From: Octopus sinensis | Taxonomy: Eukaryota | Length of the DNA stretch: 64,000 nucleotides | Assembly: GCF_006345805.1 (NCBI RefSeq) | Contig: NC_043025.1 | Location: forward strand, 11,036,001-11,100,000 | Direction of reading: 5' to 3' | Shown here: positions 12,340-23,866 of the stretch, one piece after another | Position numbering within the stretch: the first letter of the stretch is position 1 | Layout of the letters: each line of letters opens with the position of its first letter | The notes under the pieces: generated by a model | Told to the model about the DNA's origin: nothing | Databases searched by the model: none | Seen by the model: only the letters and a program-made list of their open reading frames with translations | Position numbers and translations under genes: made by a program

Positions 12340-13761
12340 ACTTTACACACACACACACATATATGCATACACATTACTTTCAGATATAAACACACACACA
12401 CACATATACATTCATAAGCATATTACACACACACACATGTATATACAAATATATGTATATGTGTTACACACACACACATATATATATATATACGTTCATA
12501 TAAATATACATATGTATATACATACATATGCATATAGATTACACACATATATACATTCATATAATTATACACACATGTATATAAATACATATGCATATAC
12601 ATTACACACACACACACATATATACATTCATATAAATATACACACACACATGTATATAAATACATATGTATATACGTTCATATAGATATACACACATGTA
12701 TATACATACATATGAATATACATTGCGCTCACACGCACACATATATACTTATATACACACACACACATATATATATATATACACATATATACATATACAT
12801 ACACAAAGAGACAGTCACACACACACACACACACATCTGCCTCAATGGTTAAGGACCCACTTTGCAATTACAAGGTCCTGGTTTCAATCCCACAGCATGA
12901 CATTTTGAGCGATTGTATTTTAACACAGCTTTGGTTCAGCCCGAAGGTGTGTGGCTCGGTGGTTACGGCATTTGACCCATGATCAAAAGGTCATGATTTC
13001 GAATCCTGGCTGCACATTGCGTCCTTGAGCAAGACACTTCATTTCATGTCGTCCTAGTCAACTCAGCTGGCAAAAATGAGTTGTGCCTGTATTTCAAAGG
13101 GGCCCAGCCCTTGTTACTCTCTGTGTCATGCTGGGTCTCCTTGAAAACTATGTTAAGGGTTCATGTGTCTGTGGAGTGCTCAGCCACTTTTATGTTAATT
13201 TCACAAGCAGGCTGTTCTGTTGATCGGATCAGCTGGGACCCTAACTGTCATCATAACTGGGACCCTAAGTGCCAGGTTCAACCTATGGCTCATGAGTGAA
13301 GCTGGAGAAGATGGAGGCTGTAAGGAAGCCTGCTGGGAGGATTGGACCTGAAGTTCACTGTGTCTGTGGAGTACTCAGCCACTTAGGTGTTGATAAAAAG
13401 GAAGGAGGTGCTTCAGCTGATTGAAAAACTGGAATAATCATCATAGAAACTGGAGATCCATCAATTCATATATGTGTATGTGTGCATATAAATGTGTGTG
13501 TGTGTGTATACATGTATGTATATTATATATATATATTTTTGTATATGTATGTATATATGTATGTGTGTGTATACATATATAGTGTATGTCTATTTATATA
13601 TATATATATATGTGTATATGCATATGTAGATGTGCATGTATATATATGTGTGTGTATATATGTGTCTGTGTGTGAATATATATATAAAATTTACTTATAA
13701 TAAATATCTTTCTCTCGTTTATACATTCAAAAGTGTGTACAGATACATATATGTATGTGTG

Positions 13762-13816
<55 letters not shown>

Positions 13817-13833
13817 GTATATATATATATATG

Positions 13834-13891
<58 letters not shown>

Positions 13892-13988
13892 TGTGTATAT
13901 ATATATATATGTGTATGTGTAGATATATAGTATGTATGTGTGTATATATATATATATGTGTTTGTAGATATATATGTATGTATGTGTG

Positions 13989-14040
<52 letters not shown>

Positions 14041-14085
14041 TAGGTATGTATCTAAGCATGTGTAAGTGTGTGTGTGTGTGTGTGT
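12340..14085. repeat. Compound (AC/AT)n and (TG/TA)n microsatellites (12340-12840, 13470-14085); similar tracts at 27810-28940, 34500-35270, 44440-44820
   Basis: Direct reading; source of many spurious YIYI/HTHT ORFs. Confidence 0.95.
12945..13265 (+). mobile_element. tRNA-derived SINE with gtccttgagcaagacactt central domain (relative at 8540-8755)
   Basis: A/B-box-like head; 3' body shared with SINE family A. Confidence 0.6.
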
Positions 14086-14312
14086 TTGTGCATTAAAAGA
14101 GAGGGGAATTGGGAGTAGCAGGTAGACACAAGTGTCCAGAAGATGGCTGGCTGCAGCAGCAGAAGTAGCCAAGAGTGGACAGCGGTCAGATATATTACAA
14201 ACTTAAAGTGTGTGTTTTGGTGAAGGAATCAAGACATCAGTCAAGTGGTGGTGTTGTCCTGCGGAAAACAGTGGACATATTCTTAAAAAATTCTGACTGA
14301 CCTGTAGGCTGG

Positions 14313-15174
14313 TCAAGAGATTTGGTCAGAGAAAGATATAATGCCCCAATTACCATTGACCATCCACTGGGCATCGGTCTGGGACACTTTTGTCTTGACA
14401 TCGTCGTTTAATCCGGCCACCGTGTCGGATTTTGTTGTCCGCAGGACGCAGAGAGGTGCGGGATGGAAACCGCGGAGGGCATCGCTGAAAGGCGTCGTCG
14501 TGTCCCAATTTATGTCCCCTACTAGCTTACGGTAGTTCAAGTCACCTTTGAAGATGATGAGGTTGCTGGCAGCAAGTTGGTTGTAGAGATTAGGACAGCG
14601 CGACCTCATCTGATCAAATGTGAACGGCAGTGTCCAGAAGTCGTGGACCGTGAAATGCCACGAGCCATCCTGGAGGCGCTTGAGCCATCTCTGCCCGAAC
14701 CGAGCGGCAACTTCATCAGTAGACTGCTCCAGCTGGGCGAGCGTTGAGTAGAAGTCTTCTTGCGTCGTGTCTGAGACGAACCACGGGAAAGCCTTACCGT
14801 GGAAGTGGACGGTCGTCGCGAGGCCGGATGCGACGAAGAACTCGGCCAGACACAGGTCGGTAATTAGTTCATAGGCAGAGTTGTCCAAAATGATGTCAAT
14901 GCGAGCCGAGGTTGGATGGTCACTTGGATGCCTCATCTTCTCCAGATGATTCCACATGGAACTTGTGTCATCAATGAGAATATTATCACAGAGTGTCTTA
15001 AGGGTTTCAAGCAAACTAAACTGGTATTTCATTTCAGCGCCGGCAGATATGGACAAGTCGCACTTGTTACTCCATAATGAGATTTGGATGAGATGCTTAA
15101 ATGCCGTCTGCAGGTCAAGGTCCGAAATACTGGGCCCCAATTTGGACAGTAAGTCGTCCAGGAAGGACAATAAT
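14313..15174 (-). CDS. ARMT1: ARMT1 coding exon 2 (terminal)
   Basis: Acceptor ttttgcag|A completes the Gly codon in phase 2; motifs QISLWSNKCDLS, LDNSAYELITD, PWFVSDTT, FKGDLNYRKL, GFHPAPLC, RTTKSD; spliced CDS is 1377 nt (458 aa). Confidence 0.95.
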
Positions 15175-15344
15175 CTGCAAAAGAGAAAGAAAGAAGGAAG
15201 AAAAAAAAAAAACGGAAGATTTTAGTCAAAGAACCAATGAACAAGATCAGCTAAAGGCTAGAAACAACAGCTTAAACCACTTTGTACTGCTTTCAGAAAA
15301 GGAAGGATGTATTAAATGATGTGAAACCGGGCTGCAGAATTGTA

Positions 15345-16790
15345 GGAAATGATAAAAGGCAGGATGATCGTGGCTGGAATGCCTTTGATCGTATGTCTAT
15401 TGGATCGAGAACGACCTGAGACTAAACAACCACAAGAAGGGACCAAACATTAGATAATGTACTCCTAGATGTATGATGTCTGATTTAAAGACAGGATGGT
15501 CATAGCTGGAACGGTTTTGATCTTAGGTCTGCTGGTTGTGGGATGAAGCGGGAGTAAGCAACAAGCAACATTAGATAATGTAGTCCTAGATACACTATGC
15601 CTGAATAAAAGACTGGACGGTCACAGCTGGAACATCTTTGATCATAGGTCTGACTGGATCAGGACTGACCTGGGGCTAAACAACAAGAAGGAAGGACACA
15701 TAAGATAATGTAGTCCTAGATACACTATGCCTCAATCAAGAACAGGATGGCCACAGCTGGAACATCTTTGATCATAGGTCTGTTGGATCAGGACTGACCT
15801 GGGGCTAAACAACATCAACAAGAAAGGACACATTAGATAATGTAGTCCTAGATACACTATGCCTGAATAAAAGACAGGATGGTCACAGCTGGAACATCTT
15901 TGATCATGGGTCTGCTGGATCAGGACTGACCTGGGGCTAAACAACAAGAAAGGACACATTAGATAATGTGGTCCTAGATACGCTATGTCTGAATAAAAGA
16001 CAGGATGGTCACAGCTGGAACATCTTTGATCATGGGTCTGACTGGATCAGGGCTGACCTGGGGCTAAACAACATCAACAAGGAAGGGCACATTAGATAAT
16101 GTAGTCCTAGATACACTATGCCTGAATCAAAAACAGGATGGTCACAGCTGGAACATCTTTGATCATGGGTCTGCTGGATCAGGGCTGACCTGGGGCTAAA
16201 CTAGAAAGGACACATAAGATAATGTAGTCCTAGATACACTATGCCTGAATCAAAAACAGGATGGTCACAGCTGGAATGTCTTCGATCATAGGTCTGCTGG
16301 ATCAGGGCTGACCTGGGGCTAAACTAGAAAGGACACATAAGATAATGTAGTCCTAGATACACTATGCCTGAATAAAAGACAGGATGGTCACAGCTGGAAC
16401 ACCTTTGATCATAGGTTTGACTGGATCAGGACTGACCTGGGGCTAAACAACATCAACAAGGAAGGACACATTAGATAATGTAGTCCTAGATACACTATGC
16501 CTCAATCAAGAACAGGATGGCCACAGCTGGAATGTCTTTGATCATGGGTCTGCTGGATCAGGACTGACCTGGGGCTAAACAACAAAAAAGGACACAGTGG
16601 ATAATGTAGTCCTAGATACACTATGCCTGAATCAAAAACAGGATGGCCACAGCTGGAATGTCTTTGATCATGGGTCTGACTGGATCAGGACTGACCTGGG
16701 GCTAAACAAGAAGGAAGGACACATTAGATAATGTAGTCCTAGATACACTATGCCTGAATAAAAGACAGGATAATCACACCTGGAACATTT
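15345..16790. repeat. ~125-bp satellite, about 10 tandem units, in the ARMT1 intron
   Basis: Unit cattagataatgtagtcctagatacactatgcctgaataaaagacaggatggtcacagctgg...ggggctaaacaac. Confidence 0.9.
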
Positions 16791-18130
16791 AATTAGTTTA
16801 AAAAAATAATGAAGTATTTATTAAAATTTCTTCGTCATTTAGAAGCTGGTGTTCGGAACCTGAATTAAAATGGAAATTTGATGGGAGATTTTAATTTAGA
16901 TCAGGTTTAAAATATGAAGTTTGTGTCACAGAACCACCAGGGGTGATTTTGGATAGGTTGTTATCAGAGAGGTCAAGACAAACGTAAAAGAAATCAAAAC
17001 CATATACTCTTTTACTTGTTTCAGTCATTTGACTGCGGCCATGCTGGAGCACCGCCTTTAGTCGAGCAACTCGACCCCGTACCTAATTCTTTTGTAAGCC
17101 CAGTACTTATTCTATCGGTCTCTTTTTGCCGAACCGCTAAGTAACGGGGACGTAAACACACCAGCATTGGTTGTCAAGCAATGCTAGGGGGACAAACACA
17201 GACACACACACACGTATATATATATACATATATATGACGGGCTTCTTTCAGTTTCCGTCTACCAAATCTACTCACAAGGCTTTGGTCGGCCCGAGGTTAT
17301 AGTAGAAGACACTTGCCCAAGGTGCCATGCTGTGGGACTGAACCCGGAACTATGTGGTTGGTAAGCAAGCTACTTACCACACAGCTACTCTTGCACCTAT
17401 ATATATATACGATGGGCTTCTTTCAGTTTCCGTCTACCATATCTACTCACAAGGCTTTGGTCGGCCCGAGGTTATAGTAGAAGACACTTGCCCAAGGTGC
17501 CATGCTGTGGGACTGAACCCGGAACCATGTAGTTGATAAACAAGCTACTTACCACACAGCCACTCTTGCACCTATATATATATACGATGGGCTTCTTTCA
17601 GTTTCCGTCTACCAAATCTACTCACAAGGCTTTGGTCGGCCCGAGGTTATAGTAGAAGACACTTGCCCAAGGTGCCATGCTGTGGGACTGAACCCGGAAC
17701 CATGTAGTTGATAAACAAGCTACTTACCACACAGCCACTCTTGCACCTATATATATATACGATGGGCTTCTTTCAGTTTCCATCTACCAAATCCACTCAC
17801 AAGGCATTGGTAGGCCTGAGGCTACAATAGAAGACACTTGTCCAAGGTGCCACGCAGTGGGATTGAACCCGGAACCATGTGGTTGATAAACAAGCACATA
17901 TGTCTAAGATTTTTTTTTTTGAAATACACTGCTGTTGTTTAAATGAATTTTGAAAATAATATAAATAGGAAATAGCAGTTGCTACCCAAGGACAAAATAC
18001 CATGTTACACAGGGTTATTTCCGCCCCCCCCCCCAATCAAGATTGGTGTAGGGCTAAGATCTTCATCAACAACAACCACCTCTGCCCCCCATCATATACA
18101 AGCAAACAAAGACCGTAAAATCTAACTCAC

Positions 18131-18645
18131 CCGTCAACAGCCGGTTGTGAAGAGAGCAAAGCGCTCTGCTTCTGTTCCTGGAAGACGTCCAATCGGTTGA
18201 GCACTTCACATAATTCCACCGCTTCTTGCACTCGACGGTACATGTAGCACTCGACGTACAGCCACCGCTCGGTAAACCACGACACGTTGGCACTACCGTC
18301 TTTTACAGAACTACTAGAGCTGCTCTCGTTATCAGCGGCCAAATTCATCACCTCGACTAGGTAATCATTCCATTGGGTGACATCTGAGCGCTGGTCCTCA
18401 ATGGGTTTCAGGGTTTTGTCAGTTTGCACTTCATTTCGTAGCTTCGACATGCAACCAATAATGGTTTTTAGTTCGTTGCAGCCTTTCTCGCCGTGCTCTG
18501 CCTTCACCTTGTCTTTCATGCGACACAAGGTGTCGGCGATCTTGCTCAGGATGACTGGTAGCCTGTCCTTTATTGTGGTGTAAGCGAAAGAATTCTGGTA
18601 TTTGGCCGTCAAGGGCTCACCAACTGGTGTTGTTTCATCAGCCAT
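18131..18645 (-). CDS. ARMT1: ARMT1 / DUF89 damage-control phosphatase, coding exon 1 (MADETTPVGEPL...QPAVDG)
   Basis: SFAYTTIKDRLPVILSK, KLRNEVQTDK and WLYVECYMYRR match the ARMT1 family; phase-2 GTGAGT donor after 18131; polypyrimidine tract and AG acceptor 13 nt upstream of the ATG (18660-18659). Confidence 0.93.
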
Positions 18646-18744
18646 TGCTGGAACGATGCTACAAAGAAAGGAGAACAGAAAAGCAACCTTGTTTAGCTCT
18701 CATAATAATGTTGTACATACATGCATATATGTGTATGAATTTGT

Positions 18745-19425
18745 GTGTATTATCATCATCATCATCATCATTTAACGTCTGTTTTCCATGCTAGCATGGG
18801 TTGGACGGTTCAACTGGGGTCTGGGAACCTGGAAGGCTGCACCAGGCTCCAGTCTGATCTGGCAGTGTTTCTACGGCTGGATGCCCTTTCTAACGCCAAC
18901 CACTCCGTGAGAGTAGTGGATGCTTTTTACGTGCCATATATATATGTGTGTGTGAATTTGTGTCTATTATCATCATCATCATCATTTAACATCTGCTTTC
19001 CATGCTAGCATGGGTTGGACGGTTCAACTGGGGTCTGGGAAGCTGGAAGGCTTCATCAGGCCCAGTCAGATCTGGCAGTGATTCTACGGCTGGATGCCCT
19101 TCCTAACGCCAACCACTCCGTGAGAGTAGTGGGTGCTTTTTACGTGCCATATATATATGTGTGTGTGAATTTGTGTCTATTATCATCATCATCATCATTT
19201 AACATCTGCTTTCCATGCTAGCATGGGTTGGACGGTTCAACTGGGGTCTGGGAAGCTGGAAGGCTTCATCAGGCCCAGTCAGATCTGGCAGTGATTCTAC
19301 GGCTGGATGCCCTTCCTAACGCCAACCACTCCGTGAGAGTAGTGGATGCTTTTTACGTGCCATATATATATGTGTGTGTGAATTTGTGTGTATTATCATC
19401 ATCATCATCATCATCATCATTTAAC
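18745..19425 (-). mobile_element. (GAT)n-tailed retroposon family D, three tandem ~213-bp units; dispersed copies at 33120-33790, 38310-38895, 39520-39845, 43590-44262, 50860-52960
   Basis: ggttggcgttaggaagggcatccagc...ggacgttaaacgatgatgat; variable 5' truncation and internal ~47-bp repeats. Confidence 0.7.
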
Positions 19426-19520
19426 ATCTGCTTTCCAAGACAAGAAAAGAATGAAAGAGACCTCAATATTATGTAAATAGAGGAAATTTATCTGTAAAAT
19501 AATATGTGACAATTATTCGG

Positions 19521-19585
19521 TAGCCAAGATAAAACTCCGAGTTTCGGATGCTGAGGTGGAAATCCATGCCGCCATCTCTTCAGTT
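19521..19585 (-). ncRNA. Type I hammerhead motif, family 2 (5' arm of helix I truncated)
   Basis: Same core CUGAAGA (19583-19577), GAAA (19545-19542), CUCGGAG-UU; only 2 bp of helix I remain at the junction with another retroposon. Confidence 0.5.
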
Positions 19586-19973
19586 GGACGGTTCAACTGG
19601 GGTCTGGGAAGCCAGAAGGCTGCACCAGGCTCCAGTCTGATCTGGCAGTGTTTCTACAGCTGTATGCCCTTCCTAATGCCAACCACTCCGTGAGTGTAGT
19701 GGGTGCTTTTTACATGCCAGACGAGGCTGGCAAATGGCCACGATCGGATATATATATATATTGGTTAAAATGGTAAGATAACAAAAGAAAGAAGGAGACC
19801 TCAATATTATGTAAATAGAGGAATTTATCTGTAAAATAATATGTGACAATTATTCGGTAGCCAAGATAAAACTCTGTTTCAGATGCCGAGGTGGAAATCC
19901 CGATAACCGAAGAGAGTTTTATCTTGGCTATTGAATAATTGTCACATATTATTTTACAGATATATATATATAT

Positions 19974-20232
19974 ATCGTCCTCCTGAAATCGTAACTCCAC
20001 CTTCGTGGAGGCCTTCCGGGTGGTCGTTTCCACTCGTGAGGGTACCACTCGACAACTGCCTGAGTCCACCGATTATCGGTGAGCCAGGCGACGTGTCCAG
20101 CCCATCTAAACTTGACGATTGGGATCACGGGGATGAGAAAGGCGCGATCCAGAGAGGAGTGGACAGCGTGCCGTGACCAACGGTGTCAAATGGAAGCCCG
20201 ACGGACTGGTCGGTCAAGGTGATAAGAAGGGT
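19974..20232. mobile_element. 5'-inverted RTE LINE fragment (second RTE family)
   Basis: Minus 20113-19974 encodes KFRWAGHVAWLTDNRWTQAVVEWYPHEWKRPPGRPPRRWSYDFRRT; plus 20114 onward encodes the continuation TIGITGMRKARSREEWTACRDQR to a stop. Confidence 0.75.
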
Positions 20233-20556
20233 TTTTTTCCTTGTGTTATTTGTCCTGTACTCTATTTTTTTGTTGTTTAAGAAAAATGTCCAGTTCCTTG
20301 GGTTTGTGTTTATGTTTTTGTTTCTCATTGTGTTCGACGTTTTTTTGGTGTCCTGTATTCCATATATGCGTGTATATATACATGTAGAGGTAGGTACGTA
20401 CATATATGTATATATATATGCATATGTTTTATTTATTAATATATTATATATATATATATTGATAGAAATTGTAAGACAACAAAAGAACGAAAGAGACCTC
20501 GATATTATGTAAATAGAGGAATTTATCTGTAAATGTAATATGTGACAATTATTTGG

Positions 20557-20630
20557 TAGCCACGATAAAACTCCGAGTTTCGAATGCTGAGGTGGAAATC
20601 CATGCCGCCATCTCTTCAGTTATCCGGCCA
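20557..20630 (-). ncRNA. Type I hammerhead ribozyme motif, family 2 (complete)
   Basis: Minus strand: UGGCCGGAUAA-CUGAAGA-[G...C helix II]-GAAA-CUCGGAG-UU/UUAUCGUGGCUA; helix I 5 bp + bulge + 6 bp; predicted cut between 20569 and 20568. Confidence 0.7.
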
Positions 20631-20972
20631 TCGGAAAAATGCTATGAAAAATTACCATTATACAAAGGGAAATTACTGTGTGATTGACCGCTATTTAGAC
20701 AAAAGAGTTATTTGAATGACCGCTAATTAAGGTAAGGGGGGGTAAAAAGTTCATAGTATTCGCGTAAGCACACCTGTTCATACCTACACAGGAGTGAGTG
20801 AGTGGTGTTAAAAAGGGCATCCAGCTGTAGAAACATTGCCAGATCAGATTGGAACCTGGTGCAGCCTTCTGGCTTGCCAGTCCCCAGTCAAACTGTCCAA
20901 CCCATGACAGCATGGAAAATGGACGTTAAACGATGAGGATGATGTATATATATATATACACATATATATATA

Positions 20973-21400
20973 CTAGCAGCATAGCCCGGCGTTTCCCGGG
21001 TATGTAAGAGCCCCTAGTAGGCAACGACTAATCCCAATCTAGTCCTTTCCCTCTAGGGAACGAAGGCGTATGTGTAGGTTGCAATGTCTTCTCTTCACTC
21101 GAATACTTCTGTGTATACGATGTTCCTAGCTGTCCCTTTGGGCGATAAAATGGTCGAGTTGTGTCCACTGGACAGAAAATGTGTTGCATATAAAAAGCTT
21201 AGATTTTTGACCCCATGTCGAATTTATTGATTTTTTTCAGAACTGGGGGAACTTTTCAAAATTTTCGCTGCGTTAGTTTTGAATTATGACATTCGGCTAT
21301 GTGTGTGTCAAGTTTCATCAGAATCGGTTGAAAGCCGTGGTCAGGGTGAGGGTACAACCTGACAGACACACAGACAGACAAACTGCCGTTTATATATATA
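20973..21400 (-). mobile_element. Non-autonomous Helitron, second internal type
   Basis: CTAG plus cccggcgtttcccggg hairpin; different interior; 5' end blurred in (TA)n. Confidence 0.7.
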
Positions 21401-21469
21401 TATATATATTGATAAAAACGGTAAGACAACAAAAGAAAGAGACCTTGATATTAAGTAAATAGAGGAATT

Positions 21470-21896
21470 GGATCCTTTCGGTTTGAACGGCAGTTTTTAA
21501 AAATAATTTCCACCTAACTAAACACGTTTAAACTTCGTATACTGGTAGAATGTGTTTATAAAACATCTTTTTCTCTTGGCTTTATTCAGAAAATTCTATA
21601 GTTTCTAAGATATTTGTTGTTGTTTTTTCTTCAATTTCTGCAATTTCAACCAATCAATGACGTCTATTGAGGTAAAAAAACAAAACATTCTGTGCCGTAT
21701 GAAAATGTCCCTCGTTTAAGAAACAGATTGGGTTTATTTACATTTCTGCAAAAAAAAAAAAAAAAAGATACCCTTCCCCCCACCCCTAACCCTAAAATAG
21801 ATTGAAATGCAATAGATCGATACTAGGGTCATAATTATGGGTGACAATTTCATATGACACCGCTAGAAAAAACTGCCAGTCAAACCGAAAAGATCC
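21470..21896. mobile_element. MITE with GGATC(T/C)TTTCGGTTTGAACGGCAG TIRs
   Basis: ~25-bp terminal inverted repeats; internal CCCTAA repeats; TSD not resolved. Confidence 0.75.
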
Positions 21897-22286
21897 TACG
21901 TAGCAGTTGAACATTGGGATCGATGTAATCGTCTTAGTCCCTTGCCTCGGTCTTGGTAGGAAAGTACCCAGAAATTTGAAACGAATATATATCATTAATT
22001 GTTCTAAATCGCGTCTGTTAACACTTGCTATACTCGGGTAACAACCAGCCAAGCTTGGGCCTCGTTAATTAAGAATTTAATTAAAGCGTTCGGTAGATCA
22101 TTAAACTTTAATGATGACACAATCACACCGGACGTGTTTTTTAAGACCTCACCCGGCATTTTACGGTATTTTAACGAGTTTTATTTCGTACAAATATAGT
22201 TTTGGGCCGAGAAAACACCTACTTTTGAATACACACATAGACATAAGTATATATATATTTACGTACACTTAGAGTGTTATATATAT

Positions 22287-22336
<50 letters not shown>

Positions 22337-22357
22337 AATATATATATATATATATAT

Positions 22358-23101
22358 ACACACGTCGAATACAAACGAAGTGTAATTATACACACCCCAG
22401 CTCCTATCTGTCTATATATATATACACGTCGAATACAAACGAAGTGTAATTATACACACCCCAGCTCCTATCTGTTCTCTATATATATATACACGTCGAA
22501 TACAAACGAAGTGTAATTATACACACCCCAGCTCCTATCTGTCTATATATATATATACACGTCGAATACAAACGAAGTGTAATTATACACACCCCAGCTC
22601 CTATCTGTCTCTATATATATATACACGTCGAATACAAACGAAGTGTAATTATACACACCCCAGCTCCTATCTGTCTATATATATATATACACGTCGAATA
22701 CAAACGAAGTGTAATTATACACACCCCAGCTCCTATCTGTCTCTATATATATATACACGTCGAATACAAACGAAGTGTAATTATACACACCCCAGCTCCT
22801 ATCTGTCTCTATATATATACACACGTCGAATACAAACGAAGTGTAATTATACACACCCCAGCTCCTATCTGTCTCTATATATATATATACACGTCGAATA
22901 CAAACGAAGTGTAATTATACACACCCCAGCTCCTATCTGTCTCTATATATATATATACACGTCGAATACAAACGAAGTGTAATTATACACACCTCAGCTC
23001 CTATCTGTCTATATATGTGTGTATCTCTCTCTAAATATACACACGTGTAATACAAACGAAGTGTAATTATACACACCCCAGCTCCTATCTGTCTATATAT
23101 G

Positions 23102-23139
<38 letters not shown>

Positions 23140-23180
23140 CACACGTCGAATACAAACGAAGTGTAATTATATACACCTAT
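22358..23180. repeat. ~65-bp minisatellite, about 12 units with variable (TA)n
   Basis: acacgtcgaatacaaacgaagtgtaattatacacaccccagctcctatctgtct(ct)(at)n. Confidence 0.92.
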
Positions 23181-23489
23181 ATCTGTCTATACATGTGTGT
23201 GTATGTCTCTCTCTCTCTCTCTCCTATATATATATATATATATATTTATATACACACACTCATGCATTCTGAATATAAAGAGCATATATATATATATATA
23301 CTCACAAACACACAGCATAAGCCAATTCCTCTCAACATCCGAATATATACATACACACATCTTAGCAATCAGCTGAAAGCATCCTCCTTTCTTAATTGAT
23401 GTCTAATTAGCAGAAACAGAAACACTGGCCGCCTCTGAATACATCACCAACAACACCAATACACTCATACACACGGGTAATTGACTCAC

Positions 23490-23600
23490 GTTGTTTAATC
23501 AAGGGTTTCCCGTTGCTTTTACTGGCGATAATGAAACTTCAAACCTCCGCAATCCAACATTTGGCCATTAATTCTTCTTTCTTCTCTGCGGCAGCGAAGA
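23490..23600 (-). other. Candidate non-coding first exon of ARMT1
   Basis: Island of unique CpG-containing sequence amid repeats with a minus-strand donor AAC|GTGAGT at 23489; ARMT1 needs an upstream exon; the 5' end is a guess. Confidence 0.4.
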
Positions 23601-23866
23601 ACCATGAATGGAAGCGTCGGAGGTAACAATTAGAGTTATCTCCCCTCACGGTCGTTCTTTTTTTTTTTTATTTATTTTTTTTTATCTCCTTCTGCTTCTA
23701 TGCACAATTTAATTTCTCAGTTCAGTTTTCTTTTCAATATATATATATATATATATATAATCAATATAGGGTGGCAAAAAATTTTGTAGAATTTTGGCTG
23801 TTATTTCTAGTGGGTGAATGGCCTATTATGGCCGTTCCTTGATTGTGATATATATATATATATATA

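Larger units (their letters stand above)
19436..20645. mobile_element. Three copies of a ~200-bp hammerhead-bearing repeat (19436-19585, 19775-19962, 20460-20645; stub at 21410-21469), probably Penelope-like termini
   Basis: Shared sequence gagacctcaatattatgtaaatagagg...ccaagataaaactccgagtttc; direct and inverted partial copies; no RT or GIY-YIG ORF visible, so the class is inferred. Confidence 0.5.

Noticed and set aside
15345-16790. Retrozyme-like tandem arrays (125, 177 and 247-bp units)
   Set aside because: No CUGANGA/GAAA core found by eye on either strand of these units
22358-23180. CRISPR-like array
   Set aside because: Units are identical end to end apart from (TA)n length; no unique spacers, no cas genes, eukaryotic context
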